Source: Monocercomonoides exilis PA203
Taxonomy: Eukaryota; Protista; Preaxostyla
Direction: 5' to 3'
NCBI GenBank assembly: GCA_001643675.2
Contig: LSRY02000020.1
Span: 1,429,095 to 1,493,094, forward strand
DNA: 64,000 bases
The notes under the pieces were generated by a model, which was not told the DNA's origin, did no database searches, and saw only the letters and a list, made by a program, of their open reading frames with translations. The position numbers and the translations under genes were made by a program. Positions 1-14,023 of this stretch are shown in pieces (within the stretch, counting starts at the first letter, position 1; each line of letters opens with the position of its first letter).

Positions 1-743
1 CACTCACTCAATTATTCATTTTATGAATTCAATCAATATTTCACAATTCTTTCAACCATTCAATTTCACATTCATTCAATCCCTCACGAACTGTTTTCTC
101 CTTCTCTTTCTCTTTCTCTTTCTCTTTTTCTTTCACTTTCTCTTTCACTTTAACTTTTGAAATCGCTTCACATCATTGTGTTTCTCATAATATTCCATTT
201 GAATGTTCGTTGGATGATTTCTTATTTTTCTTTTTCATTCATTCAATTAATCATTTATTCATCTATCCATTTGCACTTTCTTTTTCTCTCTCATTTTCTT
301 TTTTCTTTTCTTTCTTTTTTCGAATTCTTAACATTTTGTTTTTACTCATCTTTAACATTTCTCTTTAAGAATTTGATTTGAGATGGGAAATAGAGGGGAG
401 GAAAAAATGAGGATTGAATAAAATATAAGTTTATAATGAAGGCAAAATGGAAAGAAAAGCGAAAGCGGAAAGAAAGCGAAAAATGAAAGGAAGAAGAAAA
501 GAGAGGAGAGGAGAGGAGAAGAGAGGAGAAGAAGATAAATGAATGAGAAAAAGAAAAGGAATAAGAAAGAGAAAGAGAAAGAGAAAGAGAAAGAAAAAAG
601 AAAGAAATTTGGAATAAAAGGGAAAAGGAGGGAAAGAAGGGAAAAGAGAAAGGTTAAAGGTGAAAAAGAAAAGAAAATGAATAGAAACAGAAAAAGAAAA
701 AAAAGAAAAAAAAAAGAAAAAAAAGAGGAAAAAGAGAAAAAGA

Positions 744-862
744 AAAGCTACAGCACTGGGTTTTTCCAGGCGGTCACCCATCCAAGTACTAACCCAGCGT
801 TGGCCGCTTAACTTCGGAGGTCTGAAGGGATCCGGTGCGTATGACCAACTATGGCCGTAGCT
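744..862 (-). rRNA. 5S rRNA
   Basis: Minus strand reads AGCTACGGCCATA...CCGGATCCC...CCGAAGTTAAGC...GTTAGTACTTGGATGGGTGACCGCCTGGAAAAACCCAGTGCTGTAGCTTT; terminal helix AGCTACGGC/GCTGTAGCT, box A/C-like motifs, T-run terminator. Confidence 0.97.
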
Positions 863-886
863 CACACACACTCCCTCAACCATCCC

Positions 887-893
887 TTTTATA
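887..893 (-). promoter_or_regulatory. TATA box upstream of 5S gene (present in every unit)
   Basis: Minus-strand TATAAAA at -31..-25 relative to the 5S 5' end (862); same spacing in all 11 copies. Confidence 0.65.
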
Positions 894-934
894 ATCTTCC
901 CCCCAACTATCCTTCTTTTCTTTCTTTCTTTCTA

Positions 935-965
<31 letters not shown>

Positions 966-1204
966 CTCTTTTTCAATTTCTTTTCTTATTATCAAAATAT
1001 CTTTCCCAATCATTATCTCTATCTTTTCTCTTCCTCTTTCTCTTCAACTATAACTTTCTTCTTCTTTCTTTCACACATTCACATTCACACCCTCCCACTC
1101 TCTTTTAATTACCACTTCACTCTTTCCACTTTCTTTCCCTCATTCCTTCTTTTCCTCATTCTCATCCTCTCTCACTCTTTCACTTTCAAAGTTCATTCAT
1201 TCAT

Positions 1205-1415
1205 TCACTCACTCACTCACTCACTCACTCACTCACTCACTCACTCACTCACTCACTCACTCACTCACTCACTCACTCACTCACTCACTCACTCACTCAC
1301 TCACTCACTCACTCACTCACTCACTCACTCACTCACTCACTCACTCACTCACTCACTCACTCACTCACTCACTCACTCACTCACTCACTCACTCACTCAC
1401 TCACTCACTCACTCA
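1205..1415. repeat. (CACT)n microsatellite in the 5S spacer (one variable-length tract per long unit)
   Basis: Perfect CACT tandem preceded by (TTCA)n; recurs near 2.6, 4.0, 5.4, 6.8, 8.15, 9.55 and 10.9 kb; absent from the last two units. Confidence 0.97.
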
Positions 1416-2150
1416 ATTATTCATTTTATGAATTCAATCAATATTTCACAATTCTTTCAACCATTCAATTTCACATTCATTCAATCCCTCACGAACTGTT
1501 TTCTCCTTCTCTTTCTCTTTCTCTTTCTCTTTTTCTTTCACTTTCTCTTTCACTTTAACTTTTGAAATCGCTTCACATCATTGTGTTTCTCATAATATTC
1601 CATTTGAATGTTCGTTGGATGATTTCTTATTTTTCTTTTTCATTCATTCAATTAATCATTTATTCATCTATCCATTTGCACTTTCTTTTCTCTCTCATTT
1701 TCTTTTTCTTTCTTTCTTTTTTCGAATTCTTAACATTTTGTTTTTACTCATCTTTAACATTTCTCTTTAAGAATTTTATTTGAGATGGGAAATAGAAGGG
1801 GGGAAAAAATGAGGATTGAATAAAATATAAGTTTATAATGAAGGCAAAATGGAAAGAAAAGCGAAAGCGGAAAGAAAGCGAAAAATGAAAGGAAGAAGAA
1901 AAGAGAGGAGAGGAGAGGAGAAGAGAGGAGAAGAAGATAAATGAATGAGAAAAAGAAAAGGAAAAGGAATAAGAAAGAGAAAGAGAAAGAGAAAGAGAAA
2001 GAAAAAAGAAAGAAATTTGGAATAAAAGGGAAAAGGAGGGAAAGAAGGGAAAAGAGAAAGGTTAAAGGTGAAAAAGAAAAGAAAATGAATAGAAACAGAA
2101 AAAGAAAAAAAAGAAAAAAAAAAGAAAAAAAAGAGGAAAAGAGAAAAAGA

Positions 2151-2269
2151 AAAGCTACAGCACTGGGTTTTTCCAGGCGGTCACCCATCCAAGTACTAAC
2201 CCAGCGTTGGCCGCTTAACTTCGGAGGTCTGAAGGGATCCGGTGCGTATGACCAACTATGGCCGTAGCT
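2151..2269 (-). rRNA. 5S rRNA
   Basis: Same sequence as copy at 744-862. Confidence 0.97.
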
Positions 2270-2340
2270 CACACACACTCCCTCAACCATCCCTTTTATA
2301 ATCTTCCCCCAACTATCCTTCTTTTCTTTCTTTCTTTCTA

Positions 2341-2371
<31 letters not shown>

Positions 2372-3570
2372 CTCTTTTTCAATTTCTTTTCTTATTATCA
2401 AAATATCTTTCCCAATCATTATCTCTATCTTTTCTCTTCCTCTTTCTCTTCAACTATAACTTTCTTCTTCTTTCTTTCACACATTCACATTCACACCCTC
2501 CCACTCTCTTTTAATTACCACTTCACTCTTTCCACTTTCTTTCCCTCATTCCTTCTTTTCCTCATTCTCATCCTCTCTCACTCTTTCACTTTCAAAGTTC
2601 ATTCATTCATTCACTCACTCACTCACTCACTCACTCACTCACTCACTCACTCACTCACTCACTCACTCACTCACTCACTCACTCACTCACTCACTCACTC
2701 ACTCTCACTCACTCACTCACTCACTCACTCACTCACTCACTCACTCACTCACTCACTCACTCACTCACTCACTCACTCACTCACTCACTCACTCACTCAC
2801 TCACTCACTCACTCACTCACTCACTCACTCACTCAATTATTCATTTTATGAATTCAATCAATATTTCACAATTCTTTCAACCATTCAATTTCACATTCAT
2901 TCAATCCCTCACGAACTGTTTTCTCCTTCTCTTTCTCTTTCTCTTTCTCTTTTTCTTTCACTTTCTCTTTCACTTTAACTTTTGAAATCGCTTCACATCA
3001 TTGTGTTTCTCATAATATTCCATTTGAATGTTCGTTGGATGATTTCTTATTTTTCTTTTTCATTCATTCAATTAATCATTTATTCATCTATCCATTTGCA
3101 CTTTCTTTTCTCTCTCATTTTCTTTTTTCTTTCTTTCTTTTTCGAATTCTTAACATTTTGTTTTTACTCATCTTTAACATTTCTCTTTAAGAATTTGATT
3201 TGAGATGGGAAATAGAGGGGAGGAAAAAATGAGGATTGAATAAAATATAAGTTTATAATGAAGGCAAAATGGAAAGAAAAGCGAAAGCGGAAAGAAAGCG
3301 AAAAATGAAAGGAAGAAGAAAAGAGAGGAGAGGAGAGGAGAAGAGAGGAGAAGAAGATAAATGAATGAGAAAAAGAAAAGGAAAAGGAATAAGAAAGAGA
3401 AAGAGAAAGAGAAAGAGAAAGAAAAAAAGAAAGAAATTTGGAATAAAAGGGAAAAGGAGGGAAAGAAGGGAAAAGAGAAAGGTTAAAGGTGAAAAAGAAA
3501 AGAAAATGAATAGAAACAGAAAAAGAAAAAAAAGAAAAAAAAAAGAAAAAAAGAGGAAAAGAGAAAAAGA

Positions 3571-3689
3571 AAAGCTACAGCACTGGGTTTTTCCAGGCGG
3601 TCACCCATCCAAGTACTAACCCAGCGTTGGCCGCTTAACTTCGGAGGTCTGAAGGGATCCGGTGCGTATGACCAACTATGGCCGTAGCT
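3571..3689 (-). rRNA. 5S rRNA
   Basis: Same sequence as copy at 744-862. Confidence 0.97.
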
Positions 3690-3760
3690 CACACACACTC
3701 CCTCAACCATCCCTTTTATAATCTTCCCCCAACTATCCTTCTTTTCTTTCTTTCTTTCTA

Positions 3761-3791
<31 letters not shown>

Positions 3792-4969
3792 CTCTTTTTC
3801 AATTTCTTTTCTTATTATCAAAATATCTTTCCCAATCATTATCTCTATCTTTTCTCTTCCTCTTTCTCTTCAACTATAACTTTCTTCTTCTTTCTTTCAC
3901 ACATTCACATTCACACCCTCCCACTCTCTTTTAATTACCACTTCACTCTTTCCACTTTCTTTCCCTCATTCCTTCTTTTCCTCATTCTCATCCTCTCTCA
4001 CTCTTTCACTTTCAAAGTTCATTCATTCATTCACTCACTCACTCACTCACTCACTCACTCACTCACTCACTCACTCACTCACTCACTCACTCACTCACTC
4101 ACTCACTCACTCACTCACTCACTCACTCACTCACTCACTCACTCACTCACTCACTCACTCACTCACTCACTCACTCACTCACTCACTCACTCACTCACTC
4201 ACTCACTCACTCACTCACTCACTCACTCACTCAATTATTCATTTTATGAATTCAATCAATATTTCACAATTCTTTCAACCATTCAATTTCACATTCATTC
4301 AATCCCTCACGAACTGTTTTCTCCTTCTCTTTCTCTTTTCTCTTTCTCTTTTTCTTTCACTTTCTCTTTCACTTTAACTTTTGAAATCGCTTCACATCAT
4401 TGTGTTTCTCATAATATTCCATTTGAATGTTCGTTGGATGATTTCTTATTTTTCTTTTTCATTCATTCAATTAATCATTTATTCATCTATCCATTTGCAC
4501 TTTCTTTTCTCTCTCATTTTCTTTTTTTCTTTCTTTCTTTTTTCGAATTCTTAACATTTTGTTTTTACTCATCTTTAACATTTCTCTTTAAGAATTTTAT
4601 TTGAGATGGGAAATAGAAGGGGGGAAAAAATGAGGATTGAATAAAATATAAGTTTATAATGAAGGCAAAATGGAAAGAAAAGCGAAAGCGGAAAGAAAGC
4701 GAAAAATGAAAGGAAGAAGAAAAGAGAGGAGAGGAGAGGAGAAGAGAGGAGAAGAAGATAAATGAATGAGAAAAAGAAAAGGAAAAGGAATAAGAAAGAG
4801 AAAGAGAAAGAGAAAGAGAAAGAAAAAAGAAAGAAATTTGGAATAAAAGGGAAAAGGAGGGAAAGAAGGGAAAAGAGAAAGGTTAAAGGTGAAAAAGAAA
4901 AGAAAATGAATAGAAACAGAAAAAGAAAAAAAAAGAAAAAAGAAAAAAAAGAGGAAAAAGAGAAAAAGA

Positions 4970-5088
4970 AAAGCTACAGCACTGGGTTTTTCCAGGCGGT
5001 CACCCATCCAAGTACTAACCCAGCGTTGGCCGCTTAACTTCGGAGGTCTGAAGGGATCCGGTGCGTATGACCAACTATGGCCGTAGCT
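4970..5088 (-). rRNA. 5S rRNA
   Basis: Same sequence as copy at 744-862. Confidence 0.97.
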
Positions 5089-6325
5089 CACACACACTCC
5101 CTCAACCATCCCTTTTATAATCTTCCCCCAACTATCCTTCTTTTCTTTCTTTCTTTCTATCTTTCTCTTTCTCTCTTTCTCTTTCTCTCTCTTTTTCAAT
5201 TTCTTTTCTTATTATCAAAATATCTTTCCCAATCATTATCTCTATCTTTTCTCTTCCTCTTTCTCTTCAACTATAACTTTCTTCTTCTTTCTTTCACACA
5301 TTCACATTCACACCCTCCCACTCTCTTTTAATTACCACTTCACTCTTTCCACTTTCTTTCCCTCATTCCTTCTTTTCCTCATTCTCATCCTCTCTCACTC
5401 TTTCACTTTCAAAGTTCATTCATTCATTCACTCACTCACTCACTCACTCACTCACTCACTCACTCACTCACTCACTCACTCACTCACTCACTCACTCACT
5501 CACTCACTCACTCACTCACTCACTCACTCACTCACTCACTCACTCACTCACTCACTCACTCACTCACTCACTCACTCACTCACTCAATTATTCATTTTAT
5601 GAATTCAATCAATATTTCACAATTCTTTCAACCATTCAATTTCACATTCATTCAATCCCTCACGAACTGTTTTCTCCTTCTCTTTCTCTTTCTCTTTCTC
5701 TTTTTCTTTCACTTTCTCTTTCACTTTAACTTTTGAAATCGCTTCACATCATTGTGTTTCTCATAATATTCCATTTGAATGTTCGTTGGATGATTTCTTA
5801 TTTTTCTTTTTCATTCATTCAATTAATCATTTATTCATCTATCCATTTGCACTTTTCTTTTCTCTCTCATTTTTCTTTTTTCTTTCTTTCTTTTTTCGAA
5901 TTCTTAACATTTTGTTTTTACTCATCTTTAACATTTCTCTTTAAGAATTTGATTTGAGATGGGAAATAGAGGGGGAGGAAAAAATGAGGATTGAATAAAA
6001 TATAAGTTTATAATGAAGGCAAAATGGAAAGAAAAGCGAAAGCGGAAAGAAAGCGAAAAATGAAAGGAAGAAGAAAAGAGAGGAGAGGAGAGGAGAAGAG
6101 AGGAGAAGAAGATAAATGAATGAGAAAAAGAAAAGGAAAAGGAATAAGAAAGAGAAAGAGAAAGAGAAAGAGAAAGAAAAAAGAAAGAAATTTGGAATAA
6201 AAGGGAAAAGGAGGGAAAGAAGGGAAAAGAGAAAGGTTAAAGGTGAAAAAGAAAAGAAAATGAATAGAAACAGAAAAAGAAAAAAAAGAAAAAAAAAAGA
6301 AAAAAAAGAGGAAAAGAGAAAAAGA

Positions 6326-6444
6326 AAAGCTACAGCACTGGGTTTTTCCAGGCGGTCACCCATCCAAGTACTAACCCAGCGTTGGCCGCTTAACTTCGGA
6401 GGTCTGAAGGGATCCGGTGCGTATGACCAACTATGGCCGTAGCT
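6326..6444 (-). rRNA. 5S rRNA
   Basis: Same sequence as copy at 744-862. Confidence 0.97.
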
Positions 6445-6515
6445 CACACACACTCCCTCAACCATCCCTTTTATAATCTTCCCCCAACTATCCTTCTTTT
6501 CTTTCTTTCTTTCTA

Positions 6516-6546
<31 letters not shown>

Positions 6547-7694
6547 CTCTTTTTCAATTTCTTTTCTTATTATCAAAATATCTTTCCCAATCATTATCTC
6601 TATCTTTTCTCTTCCTCTTTCTCTTCAACTATAACTTTCTTCTTCTTTCTTTCACACATTCACATTCACACCCTCCCACTCTCTTTTAATTACCACTTCA
6701 CTCTTTCCACTTTCTTTCCCTCATTCCTTCTTTTCCTCATTCTCATCCTCTCTCACTCTTTCACTTTCAAAGTTCATTCATTCATTCACTCACTCACTCA
6801 CTCACTCACTCACTCACTCACTCACTCACTCACTCACTCACTCACTCACTCACTCACTCACTCACTCACTCACTCACTCACTCACTCACTCACTCACTCA
6901 CTCACTCACTCACTCACTCACTCACTCACTCACTCACTCACTCACTCACTCACTCACTCACTCAATTATTCATTTTATGAATTCAATCAATATTTCACAA
7001 TTCTTTCAACCATTCAATTTCACATTCATTCAATCCCTCACGAACTGTTTTCTCCTTCTCTTTCTCTTTCTCTTTCTCTTTTTCTTTCACTTTCTCTTTC
7101 ACTTTAACTTTTGAAATCGCTTCACATCATTGTGTTTCTCATAATATTCCATTTGAATGTTCGTTGGATGATTTCTTATTTTTCTTTTTCATTCATTCAA
7201 TTAATCATTTATTCATCTATCCATTTGCACTTTCTTTTCTCTCTCATTTTCTTTTTTCTTTTCTTTCTTTTTTCGAATTCTTAACATTTTGTTTTTACTC
7301 ATCTTTAACATTTCTCTTTAAGAATTTTATTTGAGATGGGAAATAGAAGGGGGGAAAAAATGAGGATTGAATAAAATATAAGTTTATAATGAAGGCAAAA
7401 TGGAAAGAAAAGCGAAAGCGGAAAGAAAGCGAAAAATGAAAGGAAGAAGAAAAGAGAGGAGAGGAGAGGAGAAGAGAGGAGAAGAAGATAAATGAATGAG
7501 AAAAAGAAAAGGAAAAGGAATAAGAAAGAGAAAGAGAAAGAGAAAGAAAAAAGAAAGAAATTTGGAATAAAAGGGAAAAGGAGGGAAAGAAGGGAAAAGA
7601 GAAAGGTTAAAGGTGAAAAAGAAAAGAAAATGAATAGAAACAGAAAAAGAAAAAAAGAAAAAAAAAAGAAAAAAAGAGGAAAAAGAGAAAAAGA

Positions 7695-7813
7695 AAAGCT
7701 ACAGCACTGGGTTTTTCCAGGCGGTCACCCATCCAAGTACTAACCCAGCGTTGGCCGCTTAACTTCGGAGGTCTGAAGGGATCCGGTGCGTATGACCAAC
7801 TATGGCCGTAGCT
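7695..7813 (-). rRNA. 5S rRNA
   Basis: Same sequence as copy at 744-862. Confidence 0.97.
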
Positions 7814-7884
7814 CACACACACTCCCTCAACCATCCCTTTTATAATCTTCCCCCAACTATCCTTCTTTTCTTTCTTTCTTTCTA

Positions 7885-7915
<31 letters not shown>

Positions 7916-9075
7916 CTTTTCAATTTCTTTTCTTATTATCAAAATATCTTTCCCAATCATTATCTCTATCTTTTCTCTTCCTCTTTCTCTTCAACTATAA
8001 CTTTCTTCTTCTTTCTTTCACACATTCACATTCACACCCTCCCACTCTCTTTTAATTACCACTTCACTCTTTCCACTTTCTTTCCCTCATTCCTTCTTTT
8101 CCTCATTCTCATCCTCTCTCACTCTTTCACTTTCAAAGTTCATTCATTCATTCACTCACTCACTCACTCACTCACTCACTCACTCACTCACTCACTCACT
8201 CACTCACTCACTCACTCACTCACTCACTCACTCACTCACTCACTCACTCACTCACTCACTCACTCACTCACTCACTCACTCACTCACTCACTCACTCACT
8301 CACTCACTCACTCACTCACTCACTCACTCACTCACTCAATTATTCATTTTATGAATTCAATCAATATTTCACAATTCTTTCAACCATTCAATTTCACATT
8401 CATTCAATCCCTCACGAACTGTTTTCTCCTTCTCTTTCTCTTTTCTCTTTCTCTTTTTCTTTCACTTTCTCTTTCACTTTAACTTTTGAAATCGCTTCAC
8501 ATCATTGTGTTTCTCATAATATTCCATTTGAATGTTCGTTGGATGATTTCTTATTTTTCTTTTTCATTCATTCAATTAATCATTTATTCATCTATCCATT
8601 TGCACTTTTCTTTTTCTCTCTCATTTTCTTTTTTCTTTTCTTTTTTCGAATTCTTAACATTTTGTTTTTACTCATCTTTAACATTTCTCTTTAAGAATTT
8701 TATTTGAGATGGGAAATAGAGGGGAGGAAAAAATGAGGATTGAATAAAATATAAGTTTATAATGAAGGCAAAATGGAAAGAAAAGCGAAAGCGGAAAGAA
8801 AGCGAAAAATGAAAGGAAGAAGAAAAGAGAGGAGAGGAGAGGAGAAGAGAGGAGAAGAAGATAAATGAATGAGAAAAAGAAAAGGAAAAGGAATAAGAAA
8901 GAGAAAGAGAAAGAGAAAGAGAAAGAAAAAAGAAAGAAATTTGGAATAAAAGGGAAAAGGAGGGAAAGAAGGGAAAAGAGAAAGGTTAAAGGTGAAAAAG
9001 AAAAGAAAATGAATAGAAACAGAAAAAGAAAAAAAAGAAAAAAAAAAGAAAAAAAAGAGGAAAAAGAGAAAAAGA

Positions 9076-9194
9076 AAAGCTACAGCACTGGGTTTTTCCA
9101 GGCGGTCACCCATCCAAGTACTAACCCAGCGTTGGCCGCTTAACTTCGGAGGTCTGAAGGGATCCGGTGCGTATGACCAACTATGGCCGTAGCT
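9076..9194 (-). rRNA. 5S rRNA
   Basis: Same sequence as copy at 744-862. Confidence 0.97.
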
Positions 9195-9266
9195 CACACA
9201 CACTCCCTCAACCATCCCTTTTATAATCTTCCCCCCAACTATCCTTCTTTTCTTTCTTTCTTTCTA

Positions 9267-9297
<31 letters not shown>

Positions 9298-10456
9298 CTC
9301 TTTTTCAATTTCTTTTCTTATTATCAAAATATCTTTCCCAATCATTATCTCTATCTTTTCTCTTCCTCTTTCTCTTCAACTATAACTTTCTTCTTCTTTC
9401 TTTCACACATTCACATTCACACCCTCCCACTCTCTTTTAATTACCACTTCACTCTTTCCACTTTCTTTCCCTCATTCCTTCTTTTCCTCATTCTCATCCT
9501 CTCTCACTCTTTCACTTTCAAAGTTCATTCATTCATTCACTCACTCACTCACTCACTCACTCACTCACTCACTCACTCACTCACTCACTCACTCACTCAC
9601 TCACTCACTCACTCACTCACTCACTCACTCACTCACTCACTCACTCACTCACTCACTCACTCACTCACTCACTCACTCACTCACTCACTCACTCACTCAC
9701 TCACTCACTCACTCACTCAATTATTCATTTTATGAATTCAATCAATATTTCACAATTCTTTCAACCATTCAATTTCACATTCATTCAATCCCTCACGAAC
9801 TGTTTTCTCCTTCTCTTTCTCTTTCTCTTTCTCTTTTTCTTTCACTTTCTCTTTCACTTTAACTTTTGAAATCGCTTCACATCATTGTGTTTCTCATAAT
9901 ATTCCATTTGAATGTTCGTTGGATGATTTCTTATTTTTCTTTTTCATTCATTCAATTAATCATTTATTCATCTATCCATTTGCACTTTCTTTTCTCTCTC
10001 ATTTTCTTTTTCTTTCTTTCTTTTTTCGAATTCTTAACATTTTGTTTTTACTCATCTTTAACATTTCTCTTTAAGAATTTGATTTGAGATGGGAAATAGA
10101 GGGGAGGAAAAAATGAGGATTGAATAAAATATAAGTTTATAATGAAGGCAAAATGGAAAGAAAAGCGAAAGCGGAAAGAAAGCGAAAAATGAAAGGAAGA
10201 AGAAAAGAGAGGAGAGGAGAGGAGAAGAGAGGAGAAGAAGATAAATGAATGAGAAAAAGAAAAGGAAAAGGAATAAGAAAGAGAAAGAGAAAGAGAAAGA
10301 GAAAGAAAAAAAGAAAGAAATTTGGAATAAAAGGGAAAAGGAGGGAAAGAAGGGAAAAGAGAAAGGTTAAAGGTGAAAAAGAAAAGAAAATGAATAGAAA
10401 CAGAAAAAGAAAAAAAAGAAAAAAAAAAGAAAAAAAAGAGGAAAAAGAGAAAAAGA

Positions 10457-10575
10457 AAAGCTACAGCACTGGGTTTTTCCAGGCGGTCACCCATCCAAGT
10501 ACTAACCCAGCGTTGGCCGCTTAACTTCGGAGGTCTGAAGGGATCCGGTGCGTATGACCAACTATGGCCGTAGCT
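10457..10575 (-). rRNA. 5S rRNA
   Basis: Same sequence as copy at 744-862. Confidence 0.97.
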
Positions 10576-10647
10576 CACACACACTCCCTCAACCATCCCT
10601 TTTATAATCTTCCCCCAACTATCCTTCTTTTTCTTTCTTTCTTTCTA

Positions 10648-10678
<31 letters not shown>

Positions 10679-11832
10679 CTCTTTTTCAATTTCTTTTCTT
10701 ATTATCAAAATATCTTTCCCAATCATTATCTCTATCTTTTCTCTTCCTCTTTCTCTTCAACTATAACTTTCTTCTTCTTTCTTTCACACATTCACATTCA
10801 CACCCTCCCACTCTCTTTTAATTACCACTTCACTCTTTCCACTTTCTTTCCCTCATTCCTTCTTTTCCTCATTCTCATCCTCTCTCACTCTTTCACTTTC
10901 AAAGTTCATTCATTCATTCACTCACTCACTCACTCACTCACTCACTCACTCACTCACTCACTCACTCACTCACTCACTCACTCACTCACTCACTCACTCA
11001 CTCACTCACTCACTCACTCACTCACTCACTCACTCACTCACTCACTCACTCACTCACTCACTCACTCACTCACTCACTCACTCACTCACTCACTCAATTA
11101 TTCATTTTATGAATTCAATCAATATTTCACAATTCTTTCAACCATTCAATTTCACATTCATTCAATCCCTCACGAACTGTTTTCTCCTTCTCTTTCTCTT
11201 TCTCTTTCTCTTTTTCTTTCACTTTCTCTTTCACTTTAACTTTTGAAATCGCTTCACATCATTGTGTTTCTCATAATATTCCATTTGAATGTTCGTTGGA
11301 TGATTTCTTATTTTTCTTTTTCATTCATTCAATTAATCATTTATTCATCTATCCATTTGCACTTTCTTTTCTCTCTCATTTTCTTTTTCTTTCTTTCTTT
11401 TTTCGAATTCTTAACATTTTGTTTTTACTCATCTTTAACATTTCTCTTTAAGAATTTGATTTGAGATGGGAAATAGAGGGGAGGAAAAAATGAGGATTGA
11501 ATAAAATATAAGTTTATAATGAAGGCAAAATGGAAAGAAAAGCGAAAGCGGAAAGAAAGCGAAAAATGAAAGGAAGAAGAAAAGAGAGGAGAGGAGAGGA
11601 GAAGAGAGGAGAAGAAGATAAATGAATGAGAAAAAGAAAAGGAAAAGGAATAAGAAAGAGAAAGAGAAAGAGAAAGAGAAAGAAAAAAGAAAGAAATTTG
11701 GAATAAAAGGGAAAAGGAGGGAAAGAAGGGAAAAGAGAAAGGTTAAAGGTGAAAAAGAAAAGAAAATGAATAGAAACAGAAAAAGAAAAAAAAGAAAAAA
11801 AAAAGAAAAAAAAGAGGAAAAAGAGAAAAAGA

Positions 11833-11951
11833 AAAGCTACAGCACTGGGTTTTTCCAGGCGGTCACCCATCCAAGTACTAACCCAGCGTTGGCCGCTTAA
11901 CTTCGGAGGTCTGAAGGGATCCGGTGCGTATGACCAACTATGGCCGTAGCT
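11833..11951 (-). rRNA. 5S rRNA
   Basis: Same sequence as copy at 744-862. Confidence 0.97.
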
Positions 11952-12023
11952 CACACACACTCCCTCAACCATCCCTTTTATAATCTTCCCCCCAACTATC
12001 CTTCTTTTCTTTCTTTCTTTCTA

Positions 12024-12054
<31 letters not shown>

Positions 12055-12862
12055 CTCTTTTTCAATTTCTTTTCTTATTATCAAAATATCTTTCCCAATC
12101 ATTATCTTTATCTTTTCTCTTCCTCTTTCTCTTCAACTATAACTTTCTTCTTCTTTCTTTCACACATTCACATTCACACCCTCCCACTCTCTTTTAATTA
12201 CCACTTCACTCTTTCTACTTTCTTTCCCTCATTCCTTCTTTTCCTCATTCTCATCCTCTCTTTCTCTTTCACTTTCACTTTTGAAATCGCTTCACATCAT
12301 TGTGTTTCTCATAATATTCCATTCGAATATGTGTTGGATGATTTCTTATTTTCGTTTTTTATTCATTCATTCAATTAATCATTTATTCATAGATCCAATT
12401 GCACTTTCTTTTCTCTCTTATTTTCTTTTTCTTTCTTTCTTTTTTCGCATTCTTAACATTTTGTTTTTACTCATCTTTAACATTTCTCTTTAAGAATTTG
12501 ATTTGAGATGGGAAATAGAGGGGAGGAAAAAATGAGGATTGAATAAAATATAAGTTTATAATGAAGGCAAAATGGAAAGAAAAGCGAAAGCGGAAAGAAA
12601 GCGAAAAATGAAAGGAAGAAGAAAAGAGAGGAGAGGAGAGGAGAAGAGAGGAGAAGAAGATAAATGAATGAGAAAAAGAAAAGGAAAAGGAATAAGAAAG
12701 AGAAAGAGAAAGAAAAAAGAAAGAAATTTGGAATAAAAGGGAAAAGGAGGGAAAGAAGGGAAAAGAGAAAGGTTAAAGGTGAAAAAGAAAAGAAAATGAA
12801 TAGAAACAGAAAAAGAAAAAAAAGAAAAAAAAAAGAAAAAAAAGAGGAAAAAGAGAAAAAGA

Positions 12863-12981
12863 AAAGCTACAGCACTGGGTTTTTCCAGGCGGTCACCCAT
12901 CCAAGTACTAACCCAGCGTTGGCCGCTTAACTTCGGAGGTCTGAAGGGATCCGGTGCGTATGACCAACTATGGCCGTAGCT
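12863..12981 (-). rRNA. 5S rRNA (short-unit variant region)
   Basis: Same sequence as copy at 744-862. Confidence 0.97.
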
Positions 12982-13053
12982 CACACACACTCCCTCAACC
13001 ATCCCTTTTATAATCTTCCCCCCAACTATCCTTCTTTTCTTTCTTTCTTTCTA

Positions 13054-13084
<31 letters not shown>

Positions 13085-13904
13085 CTCTTTTTCAATTTCT
13101 TTTCTTATTATCAAAATATCTTTCCCAATCATTATCTCTATCTTTTCTCTTCCTCTTTCTCTTCAACTATAACTTTCTTCTTCTTTCTTTCACACATTCA
13201 CATTCACACCCTCCCACTCTCTTTTAATTACCACTTCACTCTTTCTACTTTCTTTCCCTCATTCCTTCTTTTCCTCATTCTCATCCTCTCTTTCTCTTTC
13301 ACTTTCACTTTTGAAATCGCTTCACATCATTGTGTTTCTCATAATATTCCATTCGAATATGTGTTGGATGATTTCTTATTTTCGTTTTTTATTCATTCAT
13401 TCAATTAATCATTTATTCATAGATCCAATTGCACTTTCTTTTCTCTCTTATTTTCTTTTTCTTTCTTTCTTTTTTCGCATTCTTAACATTTTGTTTTTAC
13501 TCATCTTTAACATTTCTCTTTAAGAATTTGATTTGAGATGGGAAATAGAGGGGAGGAAAAAATGAGGATTGAATAAAATATAAGTTTATAATGAAGGGAA
13601 AATAGAAAGAAAAGCGAAAGCGGAAAGAAAGCGAAAAATGAAAGGAAGAAGAAAAGAGAGGAGAGGAGAGGAGAAGAGAGGAGAAGAAGATAAATGAATG
13701 AGAAAAAGAAAAGGAAAAGGAATAAGAAAGAGAAAGAGAAAGAGAAAGAGAAAGAAAAAAGAAAGAAATTTGGAATAAAAGGGAAAAGGAGGGAAAGAAG
13801 GGAAAAGAGAAAGGTTAAAGGTGAAAAAGAAAAGAAAATGAATAGAAACAGAAAAAGAAAAAAAAGAAAAAAAAAAGAAAAAAAAGAGGAAAAAGAGAAA
13901 AAGA

Positions 13905-14023
13905 AAAGCTACAGCACTGGGTTTTTCCAGGCGGTCACCCATCCAAGTACTAACCCAGCGTTGGCCGCTTAACTTCGGAGGTCTGAAGGGATCCGGTGCG
14001 TATGACCAACTATGGCCGTAGCT
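13905..14023 (-). rRNA. 5S rRNA (terminal copy of array)
   Basis: Same sequence as copy at 744-862; only ~70 bp of the unit's upstream flank is retained. Confidence 0.97.

Noticed and set aside
150-380. Second small RNA (SL RNA, snRNA or snoRNA) linked to 5S in the spacer
   Set aside because: The higher-complexity spacer segment shows no convincing Sm site, C/D box pair or stable stems, and it accumulates substitutions in the edge units; a cmscan would settle it.
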